A stretch of DNA of 64,000 nucleotides from Takakia lepidozioides. Lineage: Eukaryota > Plantae > Bryophyta. How positions within the stretch are numbered: position 1 is the first letter of the stretch; each line of letters begins with the position of its first letter. A model generated the notes under the pieces. The model saw nothing but the letters and a program-made list of their open reading frames with translations, was not told the DNA's origin and did not search any database. Shown piece after piece: positions 12,901 through 24,572 of the stretch. The stretch spans positions 49,538,001 through 49,602,000 of the forward strand of contig CM060731.1 in NCBI GenBank assembly GCA_030704615.1. Reading direction: 5' to 3'. A program made the position numbers and the translations under genes.

Positions 12901-13530
12901 AGACCATTGAACTATTGACTAAAGAGTTCATGATTGTGCATAGGAAGAGTACAACGTATTACCCACAGGTAATGGGCAGGCAGAGGCTACCAACAAAATA
13001 CTATGTACTATCTTGGCTAAGATAGTCAATGCAAACAGAACGGATTGGGATACAAAGCTGCTAACAGCTTTGTGGTCATACAGGACTTCATATAAAGTCA
13101 CCACTAAGTATACACCATTCCAATTAGTTTATGGTATGGAAGCTTTACTTCCAGTGGAATTCTTGTTACCTACCATGAGAACTGAATGGGGGAAGAGAAT
13201 GGAATTGGAAGATTCAATTAAGGTCAGGAAACATGAATTATACCATGTGGAAGAAGTACGTGCTGATGCAGCTGATAACATGACCAGAATTCAGATGAAG
13301 AGGAAGGAACAATTTGATGAAGGCAAATTAAAGACTTTTAAGACGGGAGATTTGGTTCTCTGGTTGCAGAAGAAGGGGAAGATTAAAGCTTCTAAGCTTA
13401 AATCACCATGGAAATGACCTTATGTCATACAGAAGATGTATGATAACAACACCGCCATGTTACAAACCATTAACAAAGAGATGCTGGGAAGAGTCAATGC
13501 CAATAAGTTGAAGGGATACAGTGGTATCCA
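9905..13530 (+). pseudogene. pol: pol: aspartic protease, reverse transcriptase, RNase H, integrase (frameshifts in the integrase core)
   Basis: LIDGGSGVN (PR); MPFGLCNAPATFQ and VFLDDF (RT); HCDAS, EREAL, YVDH (RH); H..GGH..CDEC, ISDQGSHF and a GPY-like C-terminus (INT). Confidence 0.95.
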
Positions 13531-16500
13531 TGACAAACCATTGAGGCACGATTTGCATATAGAAACACAGGAACAGTCACGGGCTACACCGGTAATACCA
13601 ACGGAGCATGAAGCATTTGTCATTGAACCGATTGGGTATGGTCTGAGCAAAGAACACAGGTGTATGAATAGCTATCACAGCCCATCACAGTGCCACACAG
13701 CCTATCACAGCCTACCACAGCATGACACAGCCTATCACAGCTTATCACAGTGCCACACAGCCTATCACAACGTACCACAGTATGACACAACCTGTCACAG
13801 CTCAACACAGCCTACCGGGGTTACACAGTCCATAGGATCAGTGACAGGTGGACGTGGGTTAACATCCGGGGAGTGGCCGGCGGAAAAGTGGACGGAGGCA
13901 GGTTTAGAAATGGACACGTGGACGCCAGGGCGAGACACACAGCCGGACATGAATTGCAAGAACAGGTGTCATCAAGAAGGAAAACAAAATTGGCCGTCAA
14001 AGTACCTACCCGGCACGTTAACCAAAATTTATTGTGGGCCCATTAATGCATACAGGGAAAGGGTAACGGAACCCTTTACAAGTACCGAAAAGAGAAATCA
14101 TTGTCACATGTGCTATCCTAGTGGACAGTCCAGGGGGGAAAATCCACAGAAGGGAATTAAATTACAGAGCCAACAGCCAATCATGAGCCAGAATTACCTG
14201 CAGAGGGTATTTTCCAAGAAGCAAGATCAAGAATTTAGAGAAATTATGAGCGCAAGAGTCGGCATGGTTCCGAGTAACGGGCGTCTCGACAGGGGAGACA
14301 ATCAAAGCTATAGCTTTGAAGCTATGGCAGAAATAACAGACTACACGCTCGCCTTACTACTTACGCAGTGGCACAAGGACAGACGAACGGAGAGTACATT
14401 TTCTCTAAATCAATACTTGCAAGCCCCACAGGCTTACAAACACTTACCCATTTCATTCTGTGCCAACCATACCTTCATGCTCTGTGCCCTGCAAGCTTTC
14501 CTTCAGCTGTTTCAAACAAAGCCTTTCTGTTTGTCTAGAATGAAGAGAGTGAGGGGAATGGAGGATATCAGGGTGAAGAGCACGACGATACTGCAGAAGC
14601 AAACAATTGCAGCACCGCAGGCAGTACAGCTGCTAAGGGAGTTGCGATTGGAAGGGCTGCTACGCAAGGACTGGTCATTGCATCATCGGCAGTTCATGAT
14701 ACAATTTCTTCAGAATTTTGAGCCTCGGACGGGAGTTACTCAGGTGAGGGGAGTAGATATAGAAATTACTCCCCAGTACCTGCAGCAATTGTTTGATTTG
14801 CCATCAGGACATGTGGATGTGGATGAGCACAGGGCAAGTTTGCAGATAGGGAATTTGTTCCAAGAAGGGAGTTTCTTTAAAACTCAAGGCTACGCTTGTA
14901 CCAAAGCCGAGTACCCAGGGCTTAGGGAAGTTGGCCAAATCTTGAACATTCTGTTTGCCATGAAACATAACCAACAGTATTTGAGCAGGTCATTCACAGA
15001 GGAGATCCTGAAAACTTTGAGGGGAGAGGATGTCGTTTGGGAGGAGTTAATGTACAATGGATTGGTGGATGAGATGAAGAGGTTACAGGGCACTGCTGCT
15101 AAGTCACCGATCATTGTGTCCGGTCCAGTCATTGCCCAAATAATTCTTGATTCTTGCATACTTGATACTCGAGAACGTAAGGAGATGGGAGTGTTTGAGG
15201 CAGAAACCACTGCAATTGAAGAGCAAGGCTCTTCACACAGTGAGGGTGGACTGGCAGCGCAACACCAGTCTAAGAAACACAGGCGGGGTATGACTGTAGT
15301 GGCGGATCCACTGGCTTCACGAAAACTGCACGATAATGTTTCCCAAGCTCTTGTGCAAGATGGGGCACAACAGCACAGAGGGCTGCTATTATTGGAAGCA
15401 CGGCCTTCAGAGAGAGAAGAGGAAGTCACTTCGATACCACAGCCACCACAACCAATTGACTCAGTTGTTTTAGAGGTTCCACAATTAGTATATGCTGTGA
15501 CATCACCCCCAACTGCTCTGGAAGGAGAAAGGTTGGACATTCCCACTACAAAGCAGGTCGTGGCCGAAATTGAGAAGGGTGACCTTCTCTATGAAAACTC
15601 TGGCTTGGTAAGGGAATCAGTGATTCCAGAGGTGCAGCGGTTGTCCAGGGGAAACCCTGCTGTGCATATAATACCCACACTTGTGACGGAGGTACCAGGG
15701 GTAGAATATCAAGACACTGCAGCACCTGTGGCGGATGAGGTGGTTCAGGAAGAAAATCTGGTGGGGCAATGGCCTGAATGGTTGGTGAGGCATCACACTG
15801 TCGAGGATCAGGGAGAATAGCAGCAAGCTCCCCATGAAGACCCTCAGCAGGCCATACTTATGAGTTCCATAAGCAGAACACTTAATTTGTTGGGCACTTA
15901 TGTGAAATCCCATGTTCCATCTACCCAATTGGCAACTTTGAGGGAGGAACTCAGAAAGGAGTTTGAGGCTCGATTTGCCACTGAGTGTGCAAACAAGTTC
16001 GATGAGGAGGTCAATCTCAAGTTACAACAAGAGTTAGAGGATACAAAAACTGCTTTGCAGTTGGCCAATGAACATTTGATTGAAGCAGGCCTCGCGCAAG
16101 ACCAGTTGCACGAAGCACATAAACAATAGTTATACCAAATGCAAGTGAAGCATGAGGGCAAGTTGCAAGAAGTGAATGCACTACATACAGAGTTGTAGGC
16201 AGTACATGAGAGGATGACCATACAATGTGCTACACTCACAACTACTCTTGAGCAAACTGCATTAGAAGTTAACAGACAAGAGGAGAGATGTATGAAGGCA
16301 GAGGCAGAGATAGTCGAGCAGGCGAAACTCATTGTTGATATGAAGAATACAATCTGTCGCAATGAGAATACTTTCAAGCAATACAGACAGGTTAAAGCTG
16401 ACCAAGAGAGGTACATCCTGGAGTTGCAACAAACGGTCATGGTAAATAGAAATGAACTCTCTGTGGCTAACAAGGCTTGGAAGGAAGCCAATAATCTGGC

Positions 16501-18088
16501 TGTTGCCTATGCGAGTTTGGTTGAACCTCATGCAAAGCGCATGGAGGCTTTACAGCAGCAATTAGATGTGTACAGGCTCACAGAGGAGCAGACTCTCAGG
16601 GGTGCCACACACAACTTGGTGGATAACCACCTTATGCAGGTCTGGTTAGCACAAGGGCCGGTGGAAGGCAAAGCACCACGGAAGCTCACCCAGGGTGAGA
16701 TGAATGAGCTCAGACTGCAGGTGCAGAACATTGCCACAACTACCATAGACAATGTCTATAGTAGGATAGCGGAGCTACAGGAGGATGTAGAAGGCCTGCA
16801 GACTCAGGTGGATGACCTGAGTTCAAATATTGACAAGAGAGTCTTTGTACCTGAGGAGCAGCTGATGGCTACTTATTTACAGGCCAGAACTCTAATTTTT
16901 CAATCTTCTTCGCAAGGGGTGCAAGAGATGCCAGTGGTAGAAGGACCAGTGCTACCAATACCACAACAAGTGACTGTGCATGTAGCTGACCCTGTTGTTA
17001 CTACAGCCACACCACAGCCTGAGGTATGGGGGGATGCTGCTTTTAACCCACCTAAGACTCCTGCTGCACGGGAGTACAGTCGGGCTATGATTATGCCCTT
17101 CAACCAAATTCCCATTGTGTTGGATTTGGCTTGGAAGGAATTTAGTCCTCCGCAGTCGTTGGCACATTACTACCAGATCATGCGCATTTGGCTGCCAGTG
17201 GCAACTAGGACTAAGGTTCTTCTGAACAATCGACCCATTGAGGATCATCACTTTGCGAGGTACTGGTCTGAAGCAAGTACCATGTTGAAGGAATTAATTG
17301 CCTTCCAAGTTGTACATGGGTACATTTATACCAAGACCAAGGAGGTATCAAGTATTGTCATGGGCTGTGGATTATACTATGCTGTTTGTTTTCTGGCACG
17401 TTATCACATTGAGCAACAGATGATGCAATCGCGATTTCTGAGTTATTCCAGTGGGGATCATTGGGTCTTACCTTCAGTGCCACATCATATGTACCTATAT
17501 GAAGCAAAAGTTATGATGCAAAAGGATTCCCAACTTCGTTCATGGTTTCATTCGGCCTGGAACAATTTGACAACACAGAAATTCGGCCCTAACGATATTT
17601 TCTTTAAGGGACATGAGGCATGGAAATACTTGCACTGTTCCCAAGTCATTGGCACACCACTCACCTATACGGACAAGGAGTTCAGGGTGTTTCCTAATTT
17701 TGCCATTAAGCGCTTACAGCAAGTTGTACAGTTTAAACTTCCAGACATGGTGGGACCACATTGTATGCCACACAGGATTCTAGTTAGAGTTTGACCGTTA
17801 AAACACCTCAGGGGGGACGAGGATTCTGATACTACTGTTTCTTCAGCGAACTCTTTTGACATGGCAGAAGACTATGCACTTCAGATGGTAGAAAAGAAAC
17901 GACGGGGATCTCCTATGCTTGAGAGGTTACCTCGATATCAGCCAAAGGAGGGTCAGATATTTTCGGGTAGTGCTCAATCATCTCCGTCAACCAGTGACAA
18001 GACTCGGGCTCGCACACGGAGTCCTTCACGAGACTCTCACCGTCAGAAGGGTGTTCAATCACAAAGGTTTGCTAATCCTAAACAGTAA
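13531..18088 (+). pseudogene. ~1,500-codon extension in frame with integrase: repeat linker, PMD/plant-transposon-protein-like domain, coiled coil, unknown C-terminal domain
   Basis: ORFs starting 13013, 13436, 15860, 16214 and 17861 share one frame, separated only by single stop codons, and are collinear with the minus-strand copy at 59119-63975. The segment QFLQNFEPRTG.TQVRGVDIEITPQYLQQLFDLPSG looks PMD-like (by eye). Confidence 0.8.
13665..13815 (+). repeat. Coding 30-bp tandem repeat (TAYHSxxQxx) built on CACAG(CC)
   Basis: About 5 units of acagcctatcacagc...; about 8 units in the second copy (63355-63595, minus). Confidence 0.9.
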
Positions 18089-18109
18089 ACCGTGAGGACA
18101 CGACTTTTT

Positions 18110-18123
18110 GAGAGGGGGAGGGG
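18110..18123 (+). promoter_or_regulatory. Polypurine tract
   Basis: GAGAGGGGGAGGGG, 4 nt before the 3' LTR. Confidence 0.9.
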
Positions 18124-18127
18124 TAAA

Positions 18128-19009
18128 TGTTAGAGGGCTGCTTGGGACTTAGACGCTTTTACGGGTTCTGTGGGGTACCCTTAATTTTTGCGCAGACTGA
18201 GACCAACAGGAGCCTTAGGGGTGGCAGCAGCAGACTTTAGGGGGGTTACACAGCCCGACACAGCCTTACACAGCCCGTCACAGCCAGTCACAGCCGTCAC
18301 AGCCAACACAGCCCGACACAGCCAATCACAGCCCGCCACAGCTTCGCACAGCCAGTCACAGCTCGGCACAGCTTGTCACAGTACATGGGGAACATTTATC
18401 ATTGGCAGGGAACAACGGTGAGGGAACGACATCTGCAGAAGGAACGTGTTACTTCAGGGATGACGGTTAATTAGTTAGGTGGTTAGAACAGCTTGCGGGC
18501 AGATAAGGGGAGCGGCAACGGAAAGGGGGAGTTCACGAAGAGCGCTGGTGGGTGAGGGGAAGAGAGAATCAGGCGGAAAGCAAGAACGAGAGCAGAAAGA
18601 AGGAGAAAAGATGAACAGTAGATGCTTATTTCATGCAGAGCTGTAGTGATATTGTAGGGCGGATTAGAGTCACCTTGACATTGGCCTAAGTACCTGATAA
18701 ATCGTAATCTGATACTTATTCGATACAAGCACACTGTGTAGAGAGACATGAGTGAAGCTGTGAAATGAATGCATGATTAACTGGAACTAAGAAGATACTA
18801 AAGCAATCTGATGCTTCAGTATCAGATAAGGTAAATTGATAACATGAAGGCAAGAAGAAATACAAATGGGAAGCATAACCATGATTCACTAGCTGCAGGT
18901 CATGACTGATTGTACTGAGCGGGCTGAGTGCTTAGAGATATCCAACTCTTCTATCTTGGAGTTTCCACCTCGGATAGCGAAGGGATGGGTGAGTAAAAGC
19001 CGTTCGACA
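18128..19009 (+). repeat. 3' LTR (882 bp)
   Basis: TGTTAGAGGG...GCCGTTCGACA followed by the TSD TTCCT. Confidence 0.97.
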
Positions 19010-22000
19010 TTCCTTTACGAAGGGGTGCTAGTGAGGTTTCAACAACATTCATGCCGGTCGCTTTGGGCTCCATTTGGACTCTCCACAACGAGGACATACG
19101 AACATGTCCAAATGTACATAGATGCTAAACCAGCTTATGTCTGCAGTGTGGAGATTTTAGAGTGGTCTCTGAAAACGAGCAGGAGCAACTAAGCAACCAG
19201 TCTGACACAATTTTTGAAAGAAGGCATTGGGATACCATGTAGCATGGGGAGGATGAAGGCATGCATGGGGGATGGAGGGCGATACCATGCATGAGGGCAG
19301 GATGGGAGAAGGGATGGGGATGCGCGTGAGGGCAGGTCTCATGTCATGGAAGCAGGAACATGAGGCGCGGGAAGGCGTGTCGCGCGGCAGCGAGCGGGCG
19401 ATGGAGGCGGGGGTGGGCGTGGGGTGGCGGGGGGTCTGCTGGCTGAACCGGCTCTCTCGCATTCAACTCCCGGGCCTGATCTATTACTTGCCCATCACAT
19501 GATGTACCTTTGATTGGGAGGGCTGGTGGGCCCCCATATACTAAATATGCTGCAGGAAAATGCCACCTAAGCCCGCCTGAACTCCTGTTGTGGGTCGAGG
19601 CAAGGTTGTGCAAAATGTGGGTAGCCTTCCCTCCCTCTCTCTCTCTCCTCCAAAAAAATAAAAGTAAATAATTTTTTTGGCATGGACTAATTTGATCACT
19701 CCTCTTTTGGGGTTGGAAATCTATTGTCGACTGGACAGATGGCAAGGGCAGGGCGTAATTGGCAGGAGAAAATGGAGGCCGGGTTGGCCTCACACGATGG
19801 ACCTTTTGATGGGGAGTGATTTGGTTATGGGGTAGGACGTAGCCCAGAATATACTGTCGGGAATACCACCTAATAAGTCTGCCTGAACTCATTGTGGTGG
19901 GTTCCAGGCAACACTCGGCCTAAACTTTTCCAAACAATTTGGCCAATTCCAAAAAAAACAATTGAACATTGTGGGGGCATCAGTGGCATGGCATCCACTT
20001 CTTGTTATCCCCTTTATTGATGTTTCTATTATCCCCTAATGGACAACGCGACCCATCAGAAATCAGAAATCGATTTGCCACGATGGCAAATCGTTGGATG
20101 ACCTCGGATGAAAAAACTTTCTGAATGGAAGTTGTGAGCTGTGACGTCATGCACCTCCATGTCTTTATGGCACCCTAAAATAATAAAAGCACTGCCGTCA
20201 GTAAATTTTTTAGTGTGCAGGGGTACCCAATTCAGGGCCCTCCAGCAGCTTTGACCTACCGATGTGGCAGGATATGGGTGGTTGTACCAATAAAATTTCA
20301 TTTTGCATGTAGATCGGTTAGAAAATTCATCTATGCATGTAGATAGGCTAGAATGCTTCCAAATTTTTTGTCGTAGTGAGTTTCCACGCAAGGAACAATA
20401 TGACCAGAGGAGTTCACCTTGTGATGAAAATTTGGACACATTTGAGGTCAATTGTAATGGATGGTCTTTTTGACCCACCAATTTTCCCATACAAAGCAAC
20501 CCTCATGTGGTTTTGGAATTTGGTTCTGGAATTTTGGCCCAAGGTGCTCTACATGCCAGGCAATTAGAGTGTGGGTATGTTGTATCAATGAAAATTCATT
20601 TTGCTAGGCCAATTGATTGGTCAAACCATTTTTTCACTCCAAAACTAGAGCAGAGTAAAAATTTACAGCTTGCATTTTTGTTATAATCTTTGTAATGACA
20701 TGGTGAAATCAAATGAAATTTTTACAGTAGGTTCCTGAAGTAGGTAGGATTACTTTCATACGGTTCATCCCCCTGGATGTTTGTCAAATGTCAGATATAC
20801 CCTCAAACATGAGGGCATGTTCCGTTTTGGAATGGGCCCACCAAAAACGGGCTTGTCCTTTAGGGGTTAAAGATGGTTGAAGCTCCACTCCACATTTTTA
20901 AAGGGGGCTTTGCTTGCGGAGGTGGAAGAAACCACGAAGAATTAGCCGCCCCGCCCCCCCCCTTAGGTATACTCTTTGGGGGCAGTGGTGGAGCTTTCTA
21001 GAAGGGGGGCCCCACCACCTCATCCTACATTGGCAAAACTCTAGAAGGATGGCCCACCGCCCCTCCACCTCTCGTATCCTACTTCTATGCTCTCCTCTAC
21101 ACATGGCCTCACATATGAGCCATTCCCATGCCCAATGGCCTCCATCCCCACCGCTCCATTGCTCTCCCTTTTTTCGTCCTTGACATAACCCTTACCAGAA
21201 TTTGGGACCCCATACCCACAATAGGTTTCTTCAAAAAGTTTGGAAATTTGCACCTCCTAAGTTTGGATATGGCATACGCGATGTGGTAGGTTGCTATTAA
21301 TCATTCCACCACTACATTGAAATTTGTGGCCCCCAATGGAAGGAAATTTAGGAAACTGATCCACTTTTGCGGTTGAAACTTGAAAGTTAACCACCACAAC
21401 GGCATGGGACCTCAATTTGAAGTCATTATAATAATATATTTCCACATTGGGAGTTCTGCCCGCTTTGGAGGTGTGATGCCTAAATAGACTAGACACAATG
21501 TTATTCGGTTTGGAATGTGTGGATGACTCATGGTTGTAGGTAGTTGCACTAATTTTGGTGCAATATGATATAAAAAATGGCCAAACTGCTTAAAACCACT
21601 TAAGGGGATTGAGGGTTAATAAATGACAGGAAATGGGTGGGTTGGGGAATCCATTTGCTTTGCAAGGTGTTTGGACGGAGACCTCTTCGTTATAATGCAT
21701 AAACCCATGCCAACTCTTATAAGAAAAAAGTTAGGGCATCCATTTCAAATCAAATTTAAGTCTTTAAATTGAACTTGGATGCTTAGATGCATTGTGATGC
21801 TTAAAATTAGCTTAGGGCTTAGATTCTCCTTCCTCTCCCTGTGAGCTAGAGGATGGGGGAATGTAACTCGTTAAAGCTATAAGCGCGAGTGAAGAGAAGA
21901 TCTATTGCAGAGAATACTATCCGATGCTTTGCCGCGCCGACACCCTAATAGACATCCACCCAAGCCGTCTTTCCATCACACATAGTACTCCACCTTCCAG

Positions 22001-23476
22001 CTCCTACACACCACACCAGCTTGTACACTTCAATGAAACCCAAAGAATACCGCCCCAATTTCCAGCATGGGAAACCTTTTATTCAGAAGCCAACACTAAG
22101 TCACTACCACGTGTCGTCACTTTAGAGACAGAACACCACATCCTACAATCCCAACCGCCAATAGGATCAACAATTAATCTCATTTAAGGTGTATCTCCGA
22201 CGGTATATCTTAGATATAATGTCAAGTAGCTTTCAACAGCTCTCTACATAAGAGATGACGATTCCATAAAGGTTGAGAAATTCGGAATGCATATGAAGAG
22301 AAAATCTGAAGCAACCAGATCCAAATGTGATTGTTGAAATCAAACATAGACTTGGAAGTTGGGAGCAAAAGATCAAGCCTACGAAATCATCAAGGTCCCA
22401 AATAGCTGAGCCCAATAGGGAGCTGAAAAGTAGAGGGACAAGAACTTAGAAAGTCTCAACCCAAATAAGGAGAACTTAGAAACGTCATGGTGGGAGTTGC
22501 AAGTTGCCCCCATCTTTCAGGCCTAGATGGGGATGAAAAACCTGTTGTGCAGGAAAAATCCCAACCCTTACAACAATGGTCAGTCCAGTATCACAAAAAT
22601 ACAAAGCGATAAAGAGAAACAACTTCTTTAATGCTACAACGAAAGATTGACGCTAATGAACACAAAACATCAGCTCCATCTCCTCCAACCAGCTGTAAGA
22701 TCAGCCACAAGTGAGTCTTCTTGGGTGACATTTCCACCCTCCTCCCTTCTACATTAACACATGTTAAATCAAACTGAGGCCTGGAGTGTAGTAGATCAAC
22801 AATAGATATAATGTCCTCAACCATTTCTTTGACATAATGGTGTTGTGGTAGCCTTGTTGCCTGCAACCATCTCATAAATCAGATATGGTCTTTCTATACG
22901 TGTCTTGGCCTTAGACTTTATTGCATTATGTTGAACTTTAACGCAAACGATCTGACCTGCTGTAAAGGTGGAAGGATAAACGACCTCATGTTATATTGTT
23001 TAGCATGAGTAATTTGGAAATGAACTATATTTGGCCTCATCTAACACTGTAGAGTGGTGGGCTTGTAACTTTGAAACATATGACTTCGAGTCCTCAGGTT
23101 TAGCAACTAGAAAAGAAGAAGAAGGCTCTGACCAAAACCGGCGTAACTAAGAGCCACTTCGCCTCATGGCTACTGCCCCTTTTCAGGGGTGGGCCCTATA
23201 AAGGTTTAGCAATTAGTACATGATTAAGAGATGTATGATGTTATGGAGAGACACGCGGTCTACCATACAAAAAATCAAAGGGGGAGCGGTGGGTACTAGC
23301 ACATGTGAACATGAGTCCTATAAGAGCATGCCCAACAGAGGCTCACTAAACTACCGCGCTATCACTATGCTCGTGAGGCATATGGTGAGGCAGACAAGTT
23401 AGATAGCGCGTCGGCTATATCAAGGGAAAGGTCTCCGGTTCAAATCTGGTCGTAGGCTCTGTGGAAAAAAACTTAC

Positions 23477-24113
23477 TTAGATGACATTGGACACTTGGGC
23501 CAACGGCAAAGGCTACCCTAGAGGTTGCATTTGGGCCTCGACATAGGAGACGCACTTTGATACATAGGGGATTGCCCCGGGTTCATAGGAGATTGGACTT
23601 GGGCTTAGATGACAGTGGACAAATGGGGCTCTACATGGGAGATGCACTTGGATACATGAATAGAAGATTGCACTTGGGCTTAGATGGGCCTCGACACAGG
23701 AGACGCATTTGGATACATAAGAAATTGCACTTGGTCTTAGATTTTAATTCTTCACATATGGGCCAAATGGCATAGGCTACACTAGAGGTCGCACTTGGGC
23801 CTCGACATAGGAGACGCACTGCCCGGATACATAAAAGATCTTACACTTGGGCTTAGATGACACTGGACAATTGGGCCAACGGCACAGGCTACCCTAGAGG
23901 TCGTGCTTGGACCTCGACATAGGAGACGCAGTGGGATACATAGAAAATCTTACACTTGAGCTTAGATGACAGTGGACACTTAGGCCAATGGCACAGGCTA
24001 CCCTAGAGGTCGCATTTGGGCCTCGACATAGGAGCCACACTTGGATACATAGGGGATTGCACGTAGACTTAGGTGACACTTGACACTTGGGCCAACGGCA
24101 CAGGCTACCCTAG
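23477..24113. repeat. Degenerate tandem repeat with ~110-125 bp units
   Basis: About 5-6 copies of gacacttgggccaacggcacaggctaccctagaggtcgcacttgggcctcgacataggagacgcac...gatacatag. Confidence 0.85.
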
Positions 24114-24572
24114 TATTGATTATTTAATAGATAATATATATTCAATAATTGAAAAGTTGATTTTGTTTATGATTATTCATCCTTCACTAATTAGGATTAG
24201 TATCCATGAAACACAATCATCCATCAAGTTATCCATCAAATCATCCATGTTTTATTGAATCTCCAATTGCAACAAACATGGGCATATATACAAGCACTGT
24301 GTACATATGGCTTGTGTAAGTTTAAGGGTGAAGTCAGATTGCTGGTAGCTAACCCAGAACGCATTACCATCACTATACGGAAAGGCCAAGTCCTCGCTAG
24401 GCTCACTGCTTCTCCCTTGTCTGAGTTGGCCTCTGTTCAGAAAGGCCTCAGTCTTCATGACATTGGCTTGGTGGATTCTCCTATTGATCAACTTCAAGCC
24501 TTTGCTTCGTAGTCCAGCTCCACTAATAACTCCACATTCACTCCCGAGCAGGAGCAACATTTCCAGCAGATT

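Larger units (their letters stand above)
6481..19009 (+). mobile_element. Full-length Ty3/Gypsy LTR retrotransposon (non-chromovirus, Athila/Tat/Phygy-like), ~12.5 kb, with a long extra domain after integrase
   Basis: Two TG..CA LTRs, 5-bp TSD TTCCT (6476-6480 and 19010-19014), PBS, PPT, and domain order gag-PR-RT-RH-INT. Confidence 0.97.

Noticed and set aside
13531-18088. Retroviral env gene
   Set aside because: No signal peptide, furin site or clear transmembrane anchor seen; it looks PMD-like and coiled-coil.
23385-23458. tRNA-like sequence with B-box GGTTCAAATC
   Set aside because: I could not build a convincing cloverleaf; at most a tRNA/SINE relic.
19010-23470. Short ORFs and possible TE remnants
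   Set aside because: No recognisable domains or definable termini.
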